DNA from: a virus
Virus record (IMG/VR): IMGVR_UViG_3300045988_002166
Location: 1 to 5,887 of that record
DNA length: 5,887 nt
Reading direction: 5' to 3' (one strand)
In this document: positions 1 through 3,434 of the stretch, one piece after another
Layout: each line of letters opens with the position of its first letter
Numbering within the stretch: the stretch's first letter is position 1
Notes under the pieces: generated by a model
Seen by the model: only the letters and a program-made list of their open reading frames with translations
Told to the model about the DNA's origin: nothing
Database searches by the model: none
Made by a program: the position numbers and the translations under genes

Positions 1-55
1 TTACTGACATTGCACCAGTTTCGCCCAGCGGTGACTTATCGTTTGCCGCTGTCTG
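1..55. repeat. Terminal redundancy, left copy (circular-contig overlap)
   Basis: ttactgacattgcaccagtttcgcccagcggtgacttatcgtttgccgctgtctg is identical to 5833-5887, compared base by base. Confidence 0.97.
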
Positions 56-1168
56 CACGATTTGGTTGATATTGACGTGATATCTGCCGCCGCCCAGGTA
101 TTCTGGAATCTGCACCGTTTTGTCGCTGATAGTTACATTCCACAGTGCTTGTACCTGTTCGCGGTATCGGCTGCCGCCTCGTGCGAGCGCTTCGTAGTAC
201 TGCTGTACTGCTACGGCTTTTCTCAAGTCGTTGATGGTTGCGGCGGTTACTGCGCTTAGGTCTGTGTACATCCAGCCCCCCGCTCCTGATTCACCTGATG
301 CTCTTTCAACTCCAGTGAATTGCATTTGCTTTTTTTCGTTGGGTTTTCCTGCTATGTTCTCGTATCCTAGACTTCCCGGTACGTTTTGACTGGCATTTCT
401 ACTTAGCACCATTTCTACTGGTCCAGCGAAATCTACATATGTGCCAAATGTGTCCCCTAGTCTGACTGGTGCGTTTCCTGTCATCGGTACGGGTACTGCT
501 GGCCCGCGCTGAGGATAAGGCAGACAGCTTGTGAAGTAGTCGTGAAATTTGTTTACAGGTAACAGGTTTCCGCCTTTGTACGCGTTGTTTTCTGCTTCTT
601 GCACCAAATCTTCTTTTCCAAATTCGTAGTCTACGTTTGCATCGTCTGTTTTTAATACTGCTGCGTTATCTACGTTTTCATCTCTGAAAAATTCATTCCA
701 GATTTTTACATACGCTCTTATTGGTAGTGAGTTAATGCTAAATTCTTTTTTAATTTTGGTCGGTACTCCCATATAGTCCAGTATGGATCTTTCGTTTGGT
801 TTTGGTTCTGCGTCCGTTCCTTTGATTTTGATTTGCGGCACTGCGTATTCTTTGCTTGGCATCCATGGCGTTTCTTCTATTTCTCCCATGAAGTGTTTGA
901 AGTTGTCCCACAAAATTCTGTTAGGACAATAGAAGTAGTAGAAGTCAATGAATGCATCGTCCATCACTGGATACTTCGGTGTACTCATTCGAACGATTGC
1001 TGCCGTGTCTACGCTGAAGGTATCGCCCGGTAATACCTCGTCAAGATAAAAAGGAATCAGCTTGCCGGAATCGAACGTTGTTAAAATTGTCTGGTCGCGG
1101 TTAAACCGCGTTCGACTTGCTTTCATTTCTGGAATCTGATTAAAGTGTCTTTCGTTGTTTCGATTCAC
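1..1168 (-). CDS. VP1: Major capsid protein VP1 (F-like jelly-roll), 5-prime part; continues by circular closure at 5832->5327 (full length 557 aa)
   Basis: The minus frame is open from GTG 1168-1166 to the window edge (hand-translated throughout, no stops). N-terminus: MNRNNERHFNQIPEMKASRTRFNRDQTILTTFDSGKLIPFYLDEVLPGDTFSVDTAAIVRMSTPKYPVMDDAFIDFYYFYCPNRILWDNF. Later motifs: LPIRAYVKIWNEFFRDEN, NKFHDYFTSCLPYPQRG, ATINDLRKAVAVQQYYEALARGGSRYREQV, IPEYLGGG. These are hallmark motifs of the Microviridae capsid protein (Pfam Phage_F type). A GGAGG Shine-Dalgarno within AAGGAGGAAG lies 7 nt upstream of the GTG. The ORF is absent from the track because it runs off the window edge. Confidence 0.96.
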   Translation of the reverse strand, partial: MNRNNERHFNQIPEMKASRTRFNRDQTILTTFDSGKLIPFYLDEVLPGDTFSVDTAAIVRMSTPKYPVMDDAFIDFYYFYCPNRILWDNFKHFMGEIEETPWMPSKEYAVPQIKIKGTDAEPKPNERSILDYMGVPTKIKKEFSINSLPIRAYVKIWNEFFRDENVDNAAVLKTDDANVDYEFGKEDLVQEAENNAYKGGNLLPVNKFHDYFTSCLPYPQRGPAVPVPMTGNAPVRLGDTFGTYVDFAGPVEMVLSRNASQNVPGSLGYENIAGKPNEKKQMQFTGVERASGESGAGGWMYTDLSAVTAATINDLRKAVAVQQYYEALARGGSRYREQVQALWNVTISDKTVQIPEYLGGGRYHVNINQIVQTAANDKSPLGETGAMSV

Positions 1169-1563
1169 TTTTCTTCCTCCTTTGCTTCCGGTTCTGTTTT
1201 TGTTTCTGCTGCTGCCATTTTTTGCAGTTCTTCAAGTTTCATGGCGTTTGCCTGTGCGGTCGCTACCATACGATGATATTCATGAATATTCTGCGGAAAT
1301 TCCGTAATATCCGTGTATGTATCGTTTAATGCTCCCTCCGACAGACTTTTCAGAAACTGTGGGTCAAAACTTGCTTTTCGGACGATGCTTTTGATGTCGC
1401 ATTCGTCAGAATAGCTTTCAATTTCCTGTTGGATGTCGATTGGTGCAGTTTCTTGCAGCACTTCTTGCCCTTTTTCGTCCTTTGTCCAGACGTATTGTTT
1501 TTGAAATTTTTCTCCTGATTTTGAAAAGAAGGGCTTTCGCCCTTCTTCGTATCGTTTATTCAT
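1165..1563 (-). CDS. VP3: Internal scaffolding protein VP3 (132 aa from ATG 1563; the track gives a 172-aa form from ATG 1683)
   Basis: Sequence: MNKRYEEGRKPFFSKSGEKF...ESYSDECDIKSIVRKASFDPQFLKSLSEGALNDTYTDITEFPQNIHEYHRMVATAQANAMKLEEL. The DECDIKSIVRK block and the downstream YTD...P...H...AQ segment resemble Chlamydia-phage-type VP3 (Pfam Chlamy_scaf), recalled from memory. The gene lies directly upstream of VP1, and its TGA overlaps the VP1 GTG (GTGA). A GGGAGGG SD sits 8 nt before ATG 1563, and that ATG overlaps the VP5-like stop (ATGAATAA). ATG 1683 has only AAGG abutting it, and its first 40 codons overlap the VP5-like gene out of frame. Confidence 0.8.
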   Translation of the reverse strand: MNKRYEEGRKPFFSKSGEKFQKQYVWTKDEKGQEVLQETAPIDIQQEIESYSDECDIKSIVRKASFDPQFLKSLSEGALNDTYTDITEFPQNIHEYHRMVATAQANAMKLEELQKMAAAETKTEPEAKEEEK

Positions 1564-1795
1564 GCGGCTTGCCCTCCCATACCTTTTTCTTGTCGTTGGT
1601 AAACTCACCGTTTTCGTCTTCAAACTCTGCCAACTTAAAACCGGCGTAGTCACCAGGTGCCTGTCCGACAAACGTTTTTTCATCCTTCGCCATTACGTTG
1701 CACATACGTGCAAAGGTTGCATCGTTCTTGCTCTCGCCTACCCATGCATAGCACTTTGCTACACTGTCCCACAGGCCAAAATATTCATGCTTCAT
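1556..1795 (-). CDS. VP5: VP5-like (gokushovirus ORF5-type) non-structural protein, 79 aa
   Basis: Sequence: MKHEYFGLWDSVAKCYAWVGESKNDATFARMCNVMAKDEKTFVGQAPGDYAGFKLAEFEDENGEFTNDKKKVWEGKPHE. The layout (short N-terminal strand, ...F.R..., P.DY..F.L.EF.D..GE) resembles the gokushovirus ORF5/VP5 family (PEDY.L..IG.FDD.TG type), recalled from memory. A GGAG SD within AAGGAGAG lies 10 nt before ATG 1795. The position upstream of VP3 fits. Confidence 0.6.
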   Translation of the reverse strand: MKHEYFGLWDSVAKCYAWVGESKNDATFARMCNVMAKDEKTFVGQAPGDYAGFKLAEFEDENGEFTNDKKKVWEGKPHE

Positions 1796-1812
1796 GATGT
1801 TTACTCTCCTTC

Positions 1813-1914
1813 TTACAGCCGGATGCCACCGCGCATAGGTTTCTGGCTAAGGTTGATGGTTTTGGTTTTTCGTGCGGTTACGTTGAACATACGGCGGTCT
1901 TTTGCGCCGCTCAT
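1813..1914 (-). CDS. Small highly basic protein, candidate J/ORF8-like DNA-binding (packaging) protein, 33 aa
   Basis: Not in the ORF track because it is too short. ATG 1914-1912 to TAA 1815-1813 encodes MSGAKDRRMFNVTARKTKTINLSQKPMRGGIRL, with 9 K/R against 1 acidic residue. The C-terminal PMRGGIRL resembles the conserved C-terminus of gokushovirus ORF8/J-like proteins (MRGGIR[LF]), recalled from memory and not searched. It fills the otherwise empty 123-nt gap 1796-1918. The ATG lies 4 nt after the upstream TAA and has no obvious SD. Confidence 0.6.
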   Translation of the reverse strand: MSGAKDRRMFNVTARKTKTINLSQKPMRGGIRL

Positions 1915-1918
1915 CTTT

Positions 1919-2143
1919 TTACGATACGCCATCGTTATACTCCCTTCTCATGAGTTCTACTTCAATTGCGTTTGCAAAGCTCTTCATTTGCCAAATTTCG
2001 TCCATCATTTTTTTTGCATCTTCAATTTTGGACAATTTGCTTAGCATTCTGTAAGCCGCTTTGATCTCTTTGTATTTTTTTGTTAGCATTGTTTCGAGAT
2101 TTTCTTTGGTCTCGTCTCGTACGTTCCAGGTTTTGTTTACCAT
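1919..2143 (-). CDS. Hypothetical protein, 74 aa (charged, helical-looking)
   Basis: ATG 2143 has an AAGGAG SD 6 nt upstream and lies 3 nt after the preceding stop. Sequence: MVNKTWNVRDETKENLETMLTKKYKEIKAAYRMLSKLSKIEDAKKMMDEIWQMKSFANAIEVELMRREYNDGVS. No family recognised. Confidence 0.6.
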   Translation of the reverse strand: MVNKTWNVRDETKENLETMLTKKYKEIKAAYRMLSKLSKIEDAKKMMDEIWQMKSFANAIEVELMRREYNDGVS

Positions 2144-2146
2144 GGC

Positions 2147-2266
2147 TTACTCCTTTTCGTTTTTCATTTCATCATGCAATGCGTGGTAGATCTCGTCAAG
2201 TTTTTCGAGGATCTGCATCATGATGTGGATTGCCTGCTTGACGTCCTTAATCGAAATAAGTGCCAT
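2147..2266 (-). CDS. Hypothetical small protein, 39 aa (the track gives a 70-aa form from ATG 2359)
   Basis: ATG 2266 lies 1 nt after the peptidase TAA, with an AAAGGGGG SD 6 nt upstream. Sequence: MALISIKDVKQAIHIMMQILEKLDEIYHALHDEMKNEKE. The longer form would overlap the peptidase gene by 92 nt out of frame. No family recognised. Confidence 0.5.
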   Translation of the reverse strand: MALISIKDVKQAIHIMMQILEKLDEIYHALHDEMKNEKE

Positions 2267-2267
2267 G

Positions 2268-2657
2268 TTATACCCCCTTTCTGTACTTTTTAGTGCGTGT
2301 GTCGATGTGTACCCAAGTACTGTAAACGATAATGCCGCATTCATCCGGTATGATTGCATTCAGCTTGTTGGCAATTTCTTTTGCGGTCATACCATTGACC
2401 CGTATGTCTGCTGCCATTCCTCGCATGTGGTATGAGTACTTTGCACCGCCTACCGCTTTATTCCTTGTCGGTGTCCGGTATCCACTGTTGATGTATACCG
2501 GCTTACCGACTTGGCTTCTTAAGATGTCTAGGATAGACACTAGGTAGTCATCTATAAAAACTACTTGTGAGCCATCTTTACAAGCAAATTCTCGTACTTT
2601 AAAGTGCTTTCCTACTTTTTCGTTTGCGTCTGTATCCATGATATAGCATTTAATCAT
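2268..2657 (-). CDS. Zinc D-Ala-D-Ala carboxypeptidase-like cell-wall hydrolase (Peptidase_M15_3 / M15A family), candidate lysin, 129 aa
   Basis: Sequence: ...FKVREFACKDGSQVVFIDDYLVSILDILRSQVGKPVYINSGYRTPTRNKAVGGAKYSYHMRGMAADIRVNG...WVHIDTR. This shows the SGYR...N..GG...S.H..G.A.D....H.D layout with H/D/H zinc ligands typical of Peptidase_M15_3. The preferred start is ATG 2657, with an AAGGAG SD 10 nt upstream; it overlaps the upstream stop as ATGATTAA. The track start at 2666 is a TTG only 2 nt from the SD. Confidence 0.88.
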   Translation of the reverse strand: MIKCYIMDTDANEKVGKHFKVREFACKDGSQVVFIDDYLVSILDILRSQVGKPVYINSGYRTPTRNKAVGGAKYSYHMRGMAADIRVNGMTAKEIANKLNAIIPDECGIIVYSTWVHIDTRTKKYRKGV

Positions 2658-2847
2658 TTTTGTCAAGCTCCTTTTCTGTAAAGTACATTGCTATGGTGTC
2701 AATTTTTTGTAGCGAGTAGAGACCTGGGTGCCGGTTCGCGTAGTCCTTTGCTCTTTCTTTTGCATATTTTGGTTCTGCTTCGAGTTTAAGGACTGTTGTT
2801 ATACTGTCGTCATCGTTGAATCTTCTAAGTTCATAGGTGTGTTTCAT
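2650..2847 (-). CDS. Hypothetical protein, 65 aa, first gene after the promoter
   Basis: ATG 2847 has an AAAGGAAG SD 9 nt upstream. The track start at 2856 is a GTG abutting the SD. Sequence: MKHTYELRRFNDDDSITTVLKLEAEPKYAKERAKDYANRHPGLYSLQKIDTIAMYFTEKELDKND. No family recognised. Confidence 0.6.
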   Translation of the reverse strand: MKHTYELRRFNDDDSITTVLKLEAEPKYAKERAKDYANRHPGLYSLQKIDTIAMYFTEKELDKND

Positions 2848-2874
2848 TTTTAGCACCTTCCTTTCTGTAATTAT

Positions 2875-2903
2875 ATTTTATCATTTTTTTAGAAAAAAGT
2901 CAA
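2875..2903 (-). promoter_or_regulatory. Sigma70/sigmaA-type promoter with extended -10
   Basis: The minus strand reads aaaatttcaaaaaaagc TTGACT tttttctaaaaaaatga TAAAAT. The -35 TTGACT is at 2903-2898, the spacer is 17 nt, and the -10 TAAAAT is at 2880-2875, preceded by TGa (extended -10). An A-rich UP-like tract lies upstream. It sits about 28 nt upstream of the first gene's ATG. Confidence 0.6.
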
Positions 2904-2962
2904 GCTTTTTTTGAAATTTTAATTGATATATTAGCAGTCGGTTTTGCTCCTTTGTTTTGAAT

Positions 2963-2976
2963 GGCGCTTTAGCGCC
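2963..2976. other. Short hairpin GGCGC-ttta-GCGCC, function unknown
   Basis: Perfect 5-bp inverted repeat with a 4-nt loop, about 60 nt upstream of the promoter -35. Related GGCGCT/AGCGCC arms recur at 3251-3280, and AGCGCT occurs at 3024-3029. Confidence 0.7.
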
Positions 2977-3037
2977 TTGCCGTATGGAGCGTATGCGGAA
3001 TGCGGCTTAATCCATTCATTTTTAGCGCTGTGCGCGT

Positions 3038-3149
3038 TTTCAACAGTTTCAACAGTTTCAACAGGTTTTCAACAAAATATTGCACAATGATTTCCGTCAT
3101 TTTGACGAACTTTCAACATTTCAACAAATTTTCAACAAATCTTTCAACA
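3038..3149 (+). repeat. Iteron-like array: 8 direct copies of TTTCAACA in two clusters of four
   Basis: Copies are at 3038, 3047, 3056 and 3067 (spacing 9, 9, 11) and at 3111, 3119, 3130 and 3142 (spacing 8, 11, 12), all in the same orientation. The 36-nt spacer between clusters contains the small hairpin CGTCA-ttt-TGACG (3095-3107). A given 8-mer is expected about 0.09 times per strand in a window this size. Confidence 0.9.
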
Positions 3150-3173
3150 CTGTTTTTTGCTTTTTATTTACGC

Positions 3174-3185
3174 TTTAACGTTAAA
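3174..3185. repeat. Perfect 12-nt palindrome TTTAACGTTAAA
   Basis: Read directly from the sequence. It lies between the iteron array and the DnaA-box-like motif. Confidence 0.8.
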
Positions 3186-3194
3186 TTTTAGCAC

Positions 3195-3211
3195 TTATCA
3201 ACTTTTCCACA
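3195..3211 (+). promoter_or_regulatory. DnaA-box-like motifs: TTATCAACT (7/9) abutting TTTTCCACA (fits TTWTNCACA)
   Basis: TTTTCCACA at 3203-3211 differs from the canonical TTATCCACA at one position and fits the relaxed consensus. It has the same orientation as the TTTCAACA repeats, three of which read TTTTCAACA (8/9 to the relaxed consensus). The function is inferred only. Confidence 0.3.
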
Positions 3212-3250
3212 TTGCCTACTACTACTCCTACAACAAGTTATATATTATAC

Positions 3251-3280
3251 GGCGCTTGTGAGCTTGCGAACAATAGCGCC
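3251..3280. other. Hairpin GGCGCT-(18 nt)-AGCGCC enclosing the -35 and spacer of a candidate weak minus-strand promoter; its -10 lies just outside at 3244-3249
   Basis: A 6-bp perfect stem. The minus strand reads TTGTTC (3273-3268), an 18-nt spacer, then TATAAT (3249-3244). Confidence 0.6.
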
Positions 3281-3287
3281 TAAAGAG

Positions 3288-3332
3288 TCGCGCGTGCGCG
3301 CGTGCGCGCTTCGCGCGCGTGCGCACGCGCGA
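3288..3332. other. Long GC-rich hairpin with alternating purine/pyrimidine arms, function unknown (candidate origin or structural element)
   Basis: 3288-3308 pairs with 3332-3312: 21 consecutive pairs (19 Watson-Crick plus 2 G-T) around a 3-nt loop CTT (3309-3311). 37 of 45 positions are G/C. The arms are built from CGCGCGTG-type units, and other pairing registers are possible. Confidence 0.9.
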
Positions 3333-3349
3333 TAAAGTATAGCTATTTG

Positions 3350-3367
3350 ATAGACTGAATAGACTGA
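3350..3367 (+). repeat. Perfect tandem 9-mer ATAGACTGA x2
   Basis: 3350-3358 equals 3359-3367. It lies between the Rep-proximal terminator hairpin and the GC hairpin. Confidence 0.85.
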
Positions 3368-3380
3368 TACATGGAGTCTT

Positions 3381-3423
3381 TAGACGACAAAAGCCCAGTA
3401 CCTTACTTGATAGGTACTGGGCT
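3381..3423 (-). terminator. Rho-independent terminator candidate downstream of Rep (VP4)
   Basis: The minus strand reads AGCCCAGTACCT-atcaagta-AGGTACTGGGCT followed by TTTGTCGTCT. This is a perfect 12-bp stem (3392-3403 / 3412-3423) with an 8-nt loop and a T-rich tail. It begins 11 nt after the Rep TAA (3437-3435). Confidence 0.6.
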
Positions 3424-3434
3424 AGGTGACACCG

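Noticed and set aside
1-55. The terminal direct repeat as a biological DTR, cos or LTR-like end
   Set aside because: It lies inside the capsid coding sequence, and the frame continues through it. Its length is typical of an assembler k-mer overlap, and microvirus genomes are circular.
1124-1126. ATG 1126 as the VP1 start
   Set aside because: It would remove the conserved N-terminal RN..HF.QIP block and has no SD. GTG 1168 has a strong SD 7 nt upstream.
1564-1683. The 40-codon N-terminal extension that gives the 172-aa form of VP3
   Set aside because: It overlaps the VP5-like gene by 128 nt out of frame. Its ATG has only AAGG directly abutting it, and the extension is R/S/T/L-rich. ATG 1563 has a well-spaced GGGAGGG SD and the ATGAATAA coupling overlap. 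A longer isoform cannot be fully excluded.
2267-2359. The 31-codon extension that gives the 70-aa form of the small ORF
   Set aside because: It overlaps the peptidase 3-prime end out of frame. ATG 2266 has an SD at 6 nt and lies 1 nt after the peptidase stop.
2658-2666. TTG 2666 as the peptidase start, and likewise GTG 2856 as the start of the 65-aa ORF
   Set aside because: Both lie 0-2 nt from the SD, which is too close. The next in-frame ATGs (2657, 2847) are 9-10 nt from the same SD.
3038-3149. The TTTCAACA array as a CRISPR array
   Set aside because: The repeats are only 8 nt, with 0-4 nt between units within a cluster. There are no spacer-sized unique segments and no cas genes.
3000-3191. 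Plus-strand 63-aa ORF across the iteron region (FNSFNSFNRF... product)
   Set aside because: Its repetitive product simply mirrors the DNA repeats. It starts at a non-SD context, lies on the non-coding strand, and sits in the untranscribed control region.
3216-3230. A short CTA trinucleotide run (CTACTACTACTCCTA), and the ATGCGGA/ATGCGGC and CGTATGGAG/CGTATGCGG near-repeats at 2981-3006
   Set aside because: They are too short and imperfect to separate from chance in a repeat-rich non-coding region. No function can be supported.
3231-3262. A dif-like XerC/D site (reverse strand CGCCGTATAATATATAACTTGTTG) that could allow prophage integration, as in some gokushoviruses
   Set aside because: Hand alignment to E. 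coli dif gives only about 16 of 27 matches, and the conserved XerD arm (TTATGTTAAAT) is poorly matched. It is not distinguishable from AT-rich background without a host-specific dif model.
2970-3279. Three copies of TAGCGC (2970, 3023, 3274) resembling the CS-6 element (TAGCGT/A) of ssoA single-strand origins
   Set aside because: They read this way only on the window plus strand, which is the complement of the presumed packaged coding-sense strand. The match is also imperfect.
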